From: Lachnospiraceae bacterium
GTDB taxonomy: Bacteria > Bacillota > Clostridia > Lachnospirales > Lachnospiraceae
DNA: 64,000 nucleotides
Direction: 5' to 3'
Assembly (NCBI GenBank): GCA_009777715.1
Contig: WRLH01000017.1
Location: 2,191-66,190 of the forward strand
Numbering within the stretch: the first letter of the stretch is position 1; each line of letters starts with the position of its first letter. Positions 1 to 9,510 of the stretch are shown here, in pieces. The position numbers were made by a program, and so were the translations under genes. A model generated the notes under the pieces. That model saw nothing but the letters and a program-made list of their open reading frames with translations, was not told the origin of the DNA and made no database searches.

Positions 1-879
1 TTGGTTAAATTTAATTAAGTCAAGATGGAGTCCCATTCTTAGGTAATCAAGGATTATTTCAACGGGGTTTGCCCCGCTGTTTAGGCGGGTCGGGGACATT
101 AAAATATATGACCCGAATTTAAAGCGTTTAAAGGCGGCCTTTAAGGCGGCCATTTCATCAATCTTTTCATTTAAAATCGGCAGCCGCTTTTTTTCCATGC
201 CCCTAATGCTGTCAAGGACGCGGAAAATATAAGAAAAACAGACTATATAAGGCTCTATTTCTTTTTTGAAGCGAAAATAAGAAAGCAGGTTGTTTGCCAA
301 TATAACAAATAAAGCTGCTACGCCGATTGCCGGGGAGATAGTTATCAGCAGTATCGCAGCCACAAAACTAATGATTGAAAAATAGTGGGGGATATTTGAC
401 CGTTTGCCCAGCTTGTCAAGATAGCCTAGATAATCATAAATTGAATATTTTCCGGTCCGCCCAATCCGGGCATATAAAAATTGCCAACGGACGCGGTCAT
501 TGGGGTTATTGCGGAAATAGGTAATGATTTCTTCTCTTTTTTGCAGCACGTTTTTATCTATGCAGGGGCTGCGCAAAAGATAATAAAGATATTCTTCGCC
601 CGCCGAAGAATAGGTATGGTTCATGCGTTTAAATATTTCGTCCATTTCTAGGTCATGCCAAGTGATATCGTCAATAAAAAAACCTTTTTTCTTTCGCCAG
701 AAATAATGGCTTATGTTTTGGTATTGTTCCGCCACGTATTCACGCTTCGGCAAGCTGCCATAATCAGCGCGTAAAAACTTGGTAAATTTACGTTCATTTC
801 GTTTTTCTTGTATCCAGCCGGACAGCATAATAATAAAAACTATGCCAAAGGCGGCAAGGGCAAAAAAGAGATATTCCAT
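1..879 (-). CDS. MutS-related protein, membrane-anchored N-terminal part (partial; 3' end lies beyond the window start)
   Basis: Absent from the ORF track because it runs off the window edge. My translation from ATG 879-877 is MEYLFFALAAFGIVFIIML...DDITWHDLEMDEIFKRMNHTYSSAGEEYLYYLLRSP... and stays open to base 1 (293 codons). An N-terminal TM helix followed by this motif pattern is typical of MutS-family paralogues. The start lies 1 nt after the stop of the upstream amidohydrolase. Confidence 0.5.
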   Translation of the reverse strand, partial: MEYLFFALAAFGIVFIIMLSGWIQEKRNERKFTKFLRADYGSLPKREYVAEQYQNISHYFWRKKKGFFIDDITWHDLEMDEIFKRMNHTYSSAGEEYLYYLLRSPCIDKNVLQKREEIITYFRNNPNDRVRWQFLYARIGRTGKYSIYDYLGYLDKLGKRSNIPHYFSIISFVAAILLITISPAIGVAALFVILANNLLSYFRFKKEIEPYIVCFSYIFRVLDSIRGMEKKRLPILNEKIDEMAALKAAFKRFKFGSYILMSPTRLNSGANPVEIILDYLRMGLHLDLIKFNQ

Positions 880-880
880 G

Positions 881-2158
881 TTAAGCACCTTGATTTTTCA
901 CTCTATTAATAATCCCATTTGCTTTTGCATAAATATCCGCAACATCACCAACCAGAAATTCACCCTTTTCATAAAGAATGCGGCCATGAATCATTGTCAT
1001 CATGACATTTTGCTTGCTTCCGCTATATACGATATTGTTGGCAATATTGTTCATCGGCTGCATATTGGGCTGATTTAGGTCAAGCAAAATAAGGTCGGCA
1101 AAATTTCCCGCCGCCAAGCTCGTTGACTTATTAAGGCCCATGCACTTAGCTCCGTTTACGCAAGCCATCTTTAAGACTTCCATCGCCGGAACGGCGGCGG
1201 CATCGTTGTCACGGACTTTGGCGAGGCCAGTAACCAGGAACATTTCGCGGAACATATCAAGGCAATTGTTGCTTGCCGGCCCGTCAGTGCCAATCGCGAC
1301 AGGAATGTAATTTTTGAGGAACGCTGAAATCGGGGCAATCCCGCTGGCAAGCTTTAAATTTGAGGCCGGGTTAGTAACCGCATAAAGGCGCTTAGCCCGG
1401 AAAATGTTTAAATCTTCTTCAGTTAGGTGGACGCAGTGATAGCCGCCCCCGCCATAATCAAATATGCCCAAGTAATCAAGATATCCGACCGGGGTTTTTG
1501 CATACCTTTCAATGCACCCCTTTACTTCGTCAGCAGTTTCGCAAAGATGGGTAAAAACCGGGGCTTTATAATGCTTTGAAAGTTCGGCAATTTCCCTTAG
1601 CAATGATTCGCTGCAAGTATATTCAGCATGAAAGCCTAAATGATAAGAAGTAAGCGGATTGACATTATTGAGCTTTTCGTAGAACTGGGCAACCTGCTTG
1701 GGGGTCGTGCCAAAATTGTTGGCCGCCCCGACCTGGACACAGCGCATCCCCATTTCCTGACAGGCCGCCGCAATCGTTTCCTGGGCCATATACATCTCAA
1801 AAATGGCCGTGATTCCGCTGGTTAAATACTCTAGGATCGCCAGCTTTGTTAAATGATAAATATCATCGGCATTTAACTTTTCCTCAATGGGGAAAACTTG
1901 ATTGAATAACCAATCCGCCAGCGGCAAATCATCAGCATGGGAACGAAGAAGCGTCATGCCGGAGTGGGTATGGGCGTTTTTGAAGCCCGGCATCAGCAAA
2001 TTGCCTTGGCAATCAATTTCTTTATCCCAGTCAGTTAAAGCCGCCGGCTCCTCCCCGGCATAGGTAATTAATTCATCATTAATATGAATTTCGCCGCAAA
2101 AAAGGGGGCGGTTTTCTTCCATCGTTAAGATTCGGGCATTAAATAAGCGGATTTTCAT
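881..2158 (-). CDS. Amidohydrolase-family nucleoside/nucleobase deaminase (MtaD/chlorohydrolase-like)
   Basis: 425 aa. Contains the metal-binding motif PGFKNAHTHSGMTLLR, followed by DDLPLADWL and a later HL..T / GTDG pattern typical of amidohydrolase-superfamily deaminases. It is the last gene of a punA-cdd operon. Confidence 0.75.
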   Translation of the reverse strand: MKIRLFNARILTMEENRPLFCGEIHINDELITYAGEEPAALTDWDKEIDCQGNLLMPGFKNAHTHSGMTLLRSHADDLPLADWLFNQVFPIEEKLNADDIYHLTKLAILEYLTSGITAIFEMYMAQETIAAACQEMGMRCVQVGAANNFGTTPKQVAQFYEKLNNVNPLTSYHLGFHAEYTCSESLLREIAELSKHYKAPVFTHLCETADEVKGCIERYAKTPVGYLDYLGIFDYGGGGYHCVHLTEEDLNIFRAKRLYAVTNPASNLKLASGIAPISAFLKNYIPVAIGTDGPASNNCLDMFREMFLVTGLAKVRDNDAAAVPAMEVLKMACVNGAKCMGLNKSTSLAAGNFADLILLDLNQPNMQPMNNIANNIVYSGSKQNVMMTMIHGRILYEKGEFLVGDVADIYAKANGIINRVKNQGA

Positions 2159-2177
2159 TTTTCACCTCACAAAGTCA

Positions 2178-2609
2178 TCATATGCCAAGCTTTTCCGGCC
2201 CAAAGCTGGCTGGCAGTATTTCGTTTAAAGTAAAGATACGGTACTCTTCTTCGTTTTTTGCCACAATAACAGCAAACTCATCAGGGTTTAAGCAAAACTC
2301 ACGCATTACTTGGCGGCAGACACCACAAGGATAAGCAAATCCGGTGATTTCTTCGTCTCTTGGCCCGCCAACGACACAAACGGCTTTTAGTTTTGCGTTC
2401 CCCTCGCTGACCGCTTTAAAAATGGCGGTCCGTTCGGCACAGTTTGACGCGCCATAAGAAGCATTTTCGATATTTGCCCCCGTATAAACACGGTCGTCCT
2501 TGGTCAAAACAGAAGCACCAACAAGATAGCTTGAATAAGGGGCATAAGCCTTTGTCCTGGCGGCCAGTGCTGATTTTATCAGTTCAAGGATGGGTATATT
2601 TGTTTTAAT
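2178..2609 (-). CDS. cdd: Cytidine deaminase
   Basis: Zinc motifs CAERTAIF and PCGVCRQVMREF. The track ORF (2178-2507) starts at an internal TTG. The frame stays open upstream (IKTNIPILELIKSALAARTKAYAPYSSYLVGASVL) back to an ATT at 2609-2607. That ATT lies 4 nt after AAGGAGAG, and there is no in-frame ATG/GTG/TTG between it and the upstream stop. Confidence 0.85.
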   Translation of the reverse strand: MKTNIPILELIKSALAARTKAYAPYSSYLVGASVLTKDDRVYTGANIENASYGASNCAERTAIFKAVSEGNAKLKAVCVVGGPRDEEITGFAYPCGVCRQVMREFCLNPDEFAVIVAKNEEEYRIFTLNEILPASFGPEKLGI

Positions 2610-2625
2610 TTTACTCTCCTTTATA

Positions 2626-3474
2626 TTATGTAAGCTTAAAAGCTTTAATTGATTCAGTTACTAGCTTTTTGAAGCGCGGAGCAGCTTCATTTGCCGCTTC
2701 CTGCACTTCCTCATGCGTAAGCGGTGTTTCCGAAAGCCCGGCCGCCGGATTGCAAACACAAGATACCCCACATACTTTCATGCCCATGTGGTTTGCCGCT
2801 ATTGCTTCAACCGCCGTACTCATTCCGACAGCGGAAGCCCCCATTGCTTTAAACATCATGACTTCGGCCGGAGTTTCAAAGGAAGGGCCGGCCGCCTGGC
2901 CGTAAATGCCTTCGGGCAAGGGAATGTTTAGGCTGGCTGCTGTGACGCGGATAATATCATTTAACTCAGGGCGGTAAACCGTGCTCATGTCCGGGAAGCG
3001 CGTTCCAAGCTCATCAACATTTGCGCCAGTTAAGGGATTGGTCACAAAACTGCTGATATGGTCAGTAATCAGCATTAAAGTGCCAGCTTTCATATCCGCG
3101 CCGATACCGCCGGAAGCATTGGTGAGAAAAAGTATCTCTGCCCCTAATAAGCCCATCAGGCGGATTGGCAAGACAACATCGGAAATATGGTAGCCCTCAT
3201 AAAAATGAACCCGCCCTTTCATGCAGATAACCGGGACATCTTCGACATAACCAAAAACGAATTTCCCGGCGTGTCCCTCAACCGTTGATTGGGGGAAGCC
3301 ATCTATCTCGGCATAGTCAAGTTCGGCGCAAATCTTCATCGTTTCGGCATAATCACCTAGGCCAGAACCAAGCACCAAGGCAAGTTTTGGCTTAAAATCA
3401 GCAATGCCGGCGTTTTTTTGGAAATCAATTATGCTTTGTTTGCATTTAAGTAATTTTTCGTAAATTGGGTTCAT
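2626..3474 (-). CDS. punA: Purine nucleoside phosphorylase (trimeric PNP-I type)
   Basis: 282 aa. Motifs LGSGLG, EGHAGKFVFG, RVHFYEGY, LTNASGG, GPSFETPAE and GMSTAVE are characteristic of inosine/guanosine PNP. Confidence 0.9.
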   Translation of the reverse strand: MNPIYEKLLKCKQSIIDFQKNAGIADFKPKLALVLGSGLGDYAETMKICAELDYAEIDGFPQSTVEGHAGKFVFGYVEDVPVICMKGRVHFYEGYHISDVVLPIRLMGLLGAEILFLTNASGGIGADMKAGTLMLITDHISSFVTNPLTGANVDELGTRFPDMSTVYRPELNDIIRVTAASLNIPLPEGIYGQAAGPSFETPAEVMMFKAMGASAVGMSTAVEAIAANHMGMKVCGVSCVCNPAAGLSETPLTHEEVQEAANEAAPRFKKLVTESIKAFKLT

Positions 3475-3754
3475 TTATTCTCCTTTTCGCCACTATGCGT
3501 ATGCCCTCTCATGCCGCTCCGATTTAAAATACAAAGAAATATTTTTGCTTACGCTTCTGAATCCCATTGTAAATTAATTGTATATACTACAGGCATTTTT
3601 AACTCCTTTAATTCTTAATATAAATATATTATACCATGATTTCTAATGAAATCATGTCCCCGCCGGGGGATGCGCACTAAAACTGCGCTGGTATAATGTC
3701 TTAGTGACATTATACCATAAATTAATAAAAACGGATAGACTAAATTTGAACAGC

Positions 3755-3784
3755 AAAAAAGGTGACACTCGCGTCACCTTTTTT
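3755..3784 (-). terminator. Rho-independent terminator downstream of spoIVA (symmetrical, A6-stem-loop-stem-T6)
   Basis: AAAAAAGGTGAC-ACTCGC-GTCACCTTTTTT, located 20 nt past the spoIVA stop. Confidence 0.8.
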
Positions 3785-3804
3785 ACATAACTCTTGCCCA
3801 CTCA

Positions 3805-5292
3805 CTAAATAATAATGCACACCATCCCACCATTGCTGTCATTGACAATCTTTTGCATTGTTTCCTGTAATTTCAGCTGGCTTTCATCACCAATCATTGA
3901 AATCTTCCCGTTAATTCCGTCATTCACCAGCTGTTCAACTGTTTTGCCGAAAATATTTGTCTCCCAGATCCCCTCTTCGCTGGTATCGGCACTTGCAATA
4001 TATTGAATCAAATCCTTAGCCTGGTTTTCCGTCCCGACGATTGGTGAGATTTCGGTTTCAATATTTGCCTTAATCATGTGAATGCTTGGGCTTTCAGCTT
4101 TTATTTTAACCCCATATTTGTTGCCGTGCTTGATGATTTCCGGGCTTTCCAAACGAATTTCCTCGCGATCCGGGGTCACGACACCATATCCTTTCATTCT
4201 GACGGCATCGACGGCGTGTAAAACCTTGATATATTCGCGGCGCATTCTGGAAAGCTCACGCAGGACATTAAGCAGATGATACTCACTTTTTATGTCTTCG
4301 CCAATCAGCTCACTTAGCATTTCGTAATAATAAGTGTCATCAACCTCAAGCCAGACCTTCACACAGCCGTCAGACATACTGATCTGGTTCACTTTTGAAT
4401 TTTTGATATAGCTGCTTTCCAGCACAATTCCGCCGTCAACAACGCTTTTAATATTGCCAAGCTGTTTCATAAGGGCTTTGATATTGGAAACAATGTCAAC
4501 TTTCATCGGGTGGGTCGCCGGAAGCATTTCAACCCATTTTGGCATAAAAAATTCGACCATCGTCAGCGGAAATTCATACAAAATCCGTTCCATTATCGCG
4601 TGGATATCTTCTTTTTTGAGCTGCTCGCAATTTACCGGAAGCGCGGTAACATTGTATTTTCTCCGGATATCGTCAACCAGCATTTTTGCGTCATCGGAAT
4701 GGGGTTTTGCGGTATTTACCAACACGATAAAAGGCTTATGTATTTTCAATAGCTCCAAAATTGTCCGGTCTTCCGCTTCCTTGAAGCTTTCGCGGGGAAG
4801 GTCGCCAAAGCTTCCGTCACAGGTAATGACGATTCCGATTGTCGAATGGTCATTAATGACCTTTCGTGTACCTATTTCAGCGGCTTCAGTAAAAGGAATT
4901 TCCTGGCTCGACCATGGCGTTTTAACCATTCTTTCCGCATCATCTTCCATATGGCCGCTTGCGCCGTCAACCATATAACCGACACAATCGATTAAGCGGA
5001 CTTTTGCTTCAATTTCCCCGGCCAGCTTTATTTCTGCTGCTTCCTTGGGAATGAATTTGGGTTCGGTCGTGGTAATTGTCCGCCCGCCCGAGCTTTGCGG
5101 CATTTCATCAGTCGCCCGCTCCTTTTCAAATTCTTCATTCATATAAGGAAGCACCATCAAATCCATAAAACGCTTAATGAAAGTCGATTTTCCCGTCCTG
5201 ACCGGACCGACTACCCCGATATAAATTTCACCGCCACATCTTAATTGAATATCCTTATACAAGTCATAAGTACCGCTACTTAAATTTTCCAT
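3805..5292 (-). CDS. spoIVA: Stage IV sporulation protein A (spore coat morphogenetic ATPase)
   Basis: 495 aa. The N-terminus ...DIQLRCGGEIYIGVVGPVRTGKSTFIKRFMDLMVLP carries the Walker A motif. Overall length and C-terminus fit SpoIVA. Confidence 0.95.
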   Translation of the reverse strand: MENLSSGTYDLYKDIQLRCGGEIYIGVVGPVRTGKSTFIKRFMDLMVLPYMNEEFEKERATDEMPQSSGGRTITTTEPKFIPKEAAEIKLAGEIEAKVRLIDCVGYMVDGASGHMEDDAERMVKTPWSSQEIPFTEAAEIGTRKVINDHSTIGIVITCDGSFGDLPRESFKEAEDRTILELLKIHKPFIVLVNTAKPHSDDAKMLVDDIRRKYNVTALPVNCEQLKKEDIHAIMERILYEFPLTMVEFFMPKWVEMLPATHPMKVDIVSNIKALMKQLGNIKSVVDGGIVLESSYIKNSKVNQISMSDGCVKVWLEVDDTYYYEMLSELIGEDIKSEYHLLNVLRELSRMRREYIKVLHAVDAVRMKGYGVVTPDREEIRLESPEIIKHGNKYGVKIKAESPSIHMIKANIETEISPIVGTENQAKDLIQYIASADTSEEGIWETNIFGKTVEQLVNDGINGKISMIGDESQLKLQETMQKIVNDSNGGMVCIII

Positions 5293-5368
5293 GAAAAACT
5301 CCTTCCAAATCTTTACTGATTAAAGATATGCGAAAGGAGTTTTTATTATACGCAATATTTAGTTTATG

Positions 5369-8300
5369 CTACTTATTTCCGGTCTTAAGCTTGATTACCA
5401 CCGCCGCGCCGCAGCCAAGCATTATCGTTAAAACCCCGGCAAGGACAATTTGCATAAAGTTTTTATGGCCCATTAAGGCGGCGATGGCCGGGACTCGTTT
5501 TAGGGCTGGGCTGGCCGCCCGGACATCTTCTAAAACAGTTACGTCTTCGGTAAGGTACATAGGTTCATTTTCAGAGGCATAATCAGCATTTTCTCCATGT
5601 GAAACTTTGGCAAGTTCGGTTTCCAAATTCTTGCTTTCATCTTCACTTTTTTCTTCATTGTTTTCTATTACTTGAATGTTTTCAATCACTTGATTGCCTT
5701 CAATCACTTGCGGTTCTGAAACCGTTGCCCTGTCTGCCGGGGACGGAGTGGCTATGACAGTCTGGGGCGGGGCGGCTGCGACAGCCTGATTCGGTCCATT
5801 GCCCGTAGAACCATTGCTCATAGAGCCATTGCTCGTAGAGCCATTGTTCGCAGAACCATTACTCGTAGAACCATCGCTCGTAGAACCATTGCTCGTTGAG
5901 CCATTGCTCGTAGAACCATTGCTCGTTGAGTTTTGACCCGGAGTGCCTTGGTCCGGAGTGCTTTGCCCCGGAGTGCTTAAAGGCGGTGTTTCTTTTTGTG
6001 ATTGCCCGCTTTCTTCATTGGGAAGAGGGTCCGGTCCCGGTTCTTTATTATCTTTATCATCTTTATCATCTTTATTTTCGTTTTCATCGCTTCCGGCCGG
6101 GGAATCAGCTTTTGTTATGTTAACCGTTATCCCCTCCGGCTGGGTAAGCAAATAATTACCGCTAGCTAAGCCCGTCAGCTTAATATCAGCCGTCACCGCC
6201 CAAGTACCTGTCTGGTCACTTTGTGCAATGCCGTAACCCAAAGCAAAATCAAGCCTTGCTTTATCTTTATCTAAAGCTAAAACATCATTAAGCGTTCCGC
6301 CTGTTAAAACGACTTTATCTGTTCCGTCATAAGGGCGGTCTATTGCTTCCACGCCATCAATTGTGATGGTTCTCGGCGTAATCTGGGCATTTGCAAAAAT
6401 AGGCTGGCCAATCGGCAAATTATATTTCCAAGCATCGCTTGCGTTGCTTGTTGCATCGCTTGCGTTGCTTGTTGCATCGCTTGCGTTGCTTGTTGCATCG
6501 CTTGCGTTGCTTGCGTCATCGGTTGTTAGCACCGAATAACCGCTTGCAACCACCGTTACGCTATTTCCGGCATTAGCCGAGCTAAAAGCCGCCGTTCCAG
6601 TTTCCATCTTAATATTGTCATCATTGATAATGCCATTAAGGACTGGCAAAGTCACTATCTCGGCGAAAGTCCCGCCGTCATAAACCTTGGCAGCAACAGT
6701 TCCGTTGCTGAAAGTAAGATTTTTCTTTGCAATCGTAAAGCTTTCGCTTGTGCCGCTCCCGGCGTGGGTTTCACTTTCTAAAACAGCGGTCACGGTATAT
6801 ATGCCCGGCGCGGTTGGTTTCGTCTTGCTCGGCAGATAAATGTCACCGTTTAAAAGAGTGCCGGAATAGGAAAAAGTAAATGAATCTCCGCCCTCTGTTG
6901 CCTTCGCGCTTGGTTCACCAAGAACCATGCCGTAAAGTAAGCCAAGCGTTGGGGCATAGGCGGTTACAACAGCCGGAATTTTGTCAGTTTGGGTGGGCAA
7001 AAGGATATTCACCGTCAAATCCGGCTGGACCAAGATATAATTGGCGGCTTTTGTTCCGGTCAGCTTAATATCAGTAAGAACAGGCTTGTTATTCCCGGCG
7101 TTCGGATCAGCCATTTGCCCGCTTCCAAGGACGAAACTAAGCTTGGCTGGGTCGCCCAAATCAGAGTCTGCTACTCCGGTCAGCGTTCCGCCGTTTAGCG
7201 TTAAACTAGTATCTGTGCTAATATATTCCCGGCTGTCCGCTGTTACTCCGGCAATTGTGATTGTTTTTGGGTTTGCCGTCACATTAATGCTTGTTGAAAT
7301 TGAATCATATTTTTCATCGGAAGCTTTGGTCGCGGTAATCGTAAAAGTGCCTGTCCCAACGATAAGGACCGCTCCGGTGATGCTGTCAATGGTGGCAATA
7401 TTGGTATTGCTTGAGGAATAAGATACGCTCCCTGAACCGCTTCCGCCCTTTGTCCCGACGCTAAACTGATCCGCATAAGTTATCGCCGCAGGAATATCGG
7501 TAATTGACAATGGGTCTTGTGAAATATTTTCAGCACCGCTAATCGGCACAGCTTTGTCCGGCATTCCGTTATAGACCGGAATTTTAAAGACAAAAGCATT
7601 ATCAAGCGAATTTCGGTATGAATTAAAAGTTGTTATTGCTTCCGAACGCGGAGCTTGGATATTTTGCATATATTGATGGCTGTAGACACCATTCGAAACA
7701 TTAAACTTTTGCAAATAAAGAGTGTCCTGCCCTCTTTTTATGTAACTGTTGCCAATAAAAGCCGAACCGCCTTCAAGCGAGCGGTAGCGTGTCGTCCAGC
7801 CTTCATTCCGCGCCCGGGTCAGCCCGTTAACAATAACTTGCGTTGTCGTCTGGCCGGAAGCACCGATGTTAAAATAATTGTAAAGTCCCTCATAACCGGG
7901 ATACGCTCCCGAAATAAGCGCCGAACCGTTTGTTCCATGCTCTTGGCGTACCCGCCCGGCAAGATGGTAAGGGCTGATTCCGTTATTAGCTCCCAGCGTC
8001 ATAAAAGCCTGGGCGTATGTCCTCGTGTCACCGGGAATCAAACCGCTCATAAAAGTACCTTGCAGGATATTGGCCATTGAAGCATGATTATGGTATGAGC
8101 TGTTGTAGGTCAGCTGCTCGTATTGGAAAATATAGTTTTCAGTCAGATTGTTGCGCGGGTCCATGATATGAGAAACAGCGTCACTTGTTGCGATATGCCA
8201 GCGTCCCTCATACCATGCCCCAACCCATGCCGGAGTTGCCGTATCCCAAATCAGGCTGCGGTGAGCCGGATTAAGCTGGCCGCTGACCGAAGCCGCCCAA

Positions 8301-9283
8301 TCTTGGACGGTATTCATGCGGACAAAAGTCCATGAGGGATATTTATTTTTTAGTTCATACAAGGCCGGGCGGTAGCTTTCCGGGAATTGCTCGATATCGG
8401 GCGAACTGCTTATGCTAAAAGAGTTGGCCATCAAGCCAGTTTCAGCAAACGAAAAATCGGCAAAAGAAGCCGCCATAAAAAATGACTCAAAGCCATCAAG
8501 AAGCTCTAGTTCTTCATCTAAAAGCTGATCATCAATTTCCTCAACCACTTCCGGCATAAGCAAATAATTTTCCAGTAAAAGCAGACAATTTTCATAATGA
8601 ATGACTGCGTTTAACCAGCTAACAAGATGTTCCGCTTCCCATTTTAGCAAAAGTTCGTCCGAATAGGCCAGGAAACTGCTCTCAACATAACCGGAAAAGA
8701 GGGTAAAATCAGCATCCGTAATCTCCTGTTCCGTGTCTATATTATCATTTAGCAAATAAAAATTGACAAGATACCAAAACTCGCCGTCAATAAATTCTAT
8801 GCCGCGGATTTCAACCGTCTGGCCGGAATAAACGCGGGCTTTTGTTTCTGCGTCAAATGCAGGTGCTTCCTTTACGTCATAGTACTCACACAAATAAACC
8901 AGCGCAAACAAAGACTTCTCCGCGATAATGCCACTAAGGGCATTTACAGCGTTTTGTTCTTTATTTTTTGCCGTCTCGTCAGCTTCTTCCAATTGCTGTT
9001 TGAGAAAGTTAAGGTGGGCGTCTATTTCTTCTTCTGTTAAGCTGTTTTCATTCTCATTATTGGTTGGGGTGGGGTTGTCACTGCCATCAACAATCGATGT
9101 TTCGCCATTTTCAGCAGTCAGAAACTCTGAAACCGCTTCGTTTGCTGTTTCATTATTAGTGGCTAAGGTATTTATATATGTAAGGGTGCTGGTATAAAAA
9201 AGGATGGCGACCAGGGTAAGCGACAAAATCCGCCGTGAAAAACCTTTGCTTAATTTTTTCTTCTCTTTAATTTTCATCTTCAT
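5369..9283 (-). CDS. Large cell-surface peptidoglycan hydrolase: N-terminal signal/anchor, SH3-like region, glucosaminidase (LytD-like) domain, Ig-like and MBG-type repeats, low-complexity S/T/N/P region, C-terminal TM helix
   Basis: 1304 aa. The central segment PESYRPALYELKNKYPSWTFV...YHLAGRVRQEHG...YNYFNIGA...YIKRGQDTLYLQKFN matches the mannosyl-glycoprotein endo-beta-N-acetylglucosaminidase family. Repeated R.Y(D/I)GT...LTGGTL units are MBG-like. There is a hydrophobic C-terminal helix and I saw no LPXTG motif. Confidence 0.7.
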   Translation of the reverse strand: MKMKIKEKKKLSKGFSRRILSLTLVAILFYTSTLTYINTLATNNETANEAVSEFLTAENGETSIVDGSDNPTPTNNENENSLTEEEIDAHLNFLKQQLEEADETAKNKEQNAVNALSGIIAEKSLFALVYLCEYYDVKEAPAFDAETKARVYSGQTVEIRGIEFIDGEFWYLVNFYLLNDNIDTEQEITDADFTLFSGYVESSFLAYSDELLLKWEAEHLVSWLNAVIHYENCLLLLENYLLMPEVVEEIDDQLLDEELELLDGFESFFMAASFADFSFAETGLMANSFSISSSPDIEQFPESYRPALYELKNKYPSWTFVRMNTVQDWAASVSGQLNPAHRSLIWDTATPAWVGAWYEGRWHIATSDAVSHIMDPRNNLTENYIFQYEQLTYNSSYHNHASMANILQGTFMSGLIPGDTRTYAQAFMTLGANNGISPYHLAGRVRQEHGTNGSALISGAYPGYEGLYNYFNIGASGQTTTQVIVNGLTRARNEGWTTRYRSLEGGSAFIGNSYIKRGQDTLYLQKFNVSNGVYSHQYMQNIQAPRSEAITTFNSYRNSLDNAFVFKIPVYNGMPDKAVPISGAENISQDPLSITDIPAAITYADQFSVGTKGGSGSGSVSYSSSNTNIATIDSITGAVLIVGTGTFTITATKASDEKYDSISTSINVTANPKTITIAGVTADSREYISTDTSLTLNGGTLTGVADSDLGDPAKLSFVLGSGQMADPNAGNNKPVLTDIKLTGTKAANYILVQPDLTVNILLPTQTDKIPAVVTAYAPTLGLLYGMVLGEPSAKATEGGDSFTFSYSGTLLNGDIYLPSKTKPTAPGIYTVTAVLESETHAGSGTSESFTIAKKNLTFSNGTVAAKVYDGGTFAEIVTLPVLNGIINDDNIKMETGTAAFSSANAGNSVTVVASGYSVLTTDDASNASDATSNASDATSNASDATSNASDAWKYNLPIGQPIFANAQITPRTITIDGVEAIDRPYDGTDKVVLTGGTLNDVLALDKDKARLDFALGYGIAQSDQTGTWAVTADIKLTGLASGNYLLTQPEGITVNITKADSPAGSDENENKDDKDDKDNKEPGPDPLPNEESGQSQKETPPLSTPGQSTPDQGTPGQNSTSNGSTSNGSTSNGSTSDGSTSNGSANNGSTSNGSMSNGSTGNGPNQAVAAAPPQTVIATPSPADRATVSEPQVIEGNQVIENIQVIENNEEKSEDESKNLETELAKVSHGENADYASENEPMYLTEDVTVLEDVRAASPALKRVPAIAALMGHKNFMQIVLAGVLTIMLGCGAAVVIKLKTGNK
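5796..5930 (-). repeat. In-frame 15-bp tandem repeat x9 (CCATTGCTCGTAGAA) encoding (NGSTS)n in the 1304-aa protein
   Basis: I counted nine contiguous 15-nt units with a few substitutions. Confidence 0.9.
6432..6515 (-). repeat. In-frame 21-bp tandem repeat x4 (GCATCGCTTGCGTTGCTTGTT) encoding (SNASDAT)n
   Basis: Four contiguous 21-nt units. The protein shows ASNASDATSNASDATSNASDATSNASDA. Confidence 0.9.
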
Positions 9284-9413
9284 GCCTTTCTATGTGCATT
9301 TTTTCCAATCACCCTCTTTGGGGGTTCATGGCCATTTACATAATATCATTGACATAACTTCATTGACATAAAAAATTTATGTCAACTTCTTATTTATATA
9401 ATACCAAAATTGG

Positions 9414-9449
9414 AAAAAAAAGCAAGCTTTTTTTTGCTTGCTTTTTTTT
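9414..9449. terminator. Symmetrical A8-GCAAGC-T8-GCTTGC-T8 hairpin, candidate bidirectional terminator
   Basis: AAAAAAAAGCAAGCTTTTTTTTGCTTGCTTTTTTTT. The A-run and T-run can extend the stem. It sits between the repeat-filled tyrS 3' region and the promoter region of the 1304-aa gene. Confidence 0.5.
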
Positions 9450-9510
9450 CGAGCTTTTTTAATTGCATATGAAAAAATAATTACTGTAAAGTTAGTTGTT
9501 TTCGCTTATA

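Noticed and set aside
4454-4978. Long plus-strand ORFs antisense to well-supported minus-strand genes, for example 4454-4978, 7041-7421, 7655-8080, 13501-13905, 13963-14397, 19044-19604, 36588-37032, 44310-44843, 47049-47393, 50760-51107, 52013-52753 and 40263-40637 (minus-strand, antisense to the psiE-like gene).
   Set aside because: These are shadow ORFs. Each is fully contained in a gene with strong family motifs, has no SD or start context, and has a composition typical of antisense translation.
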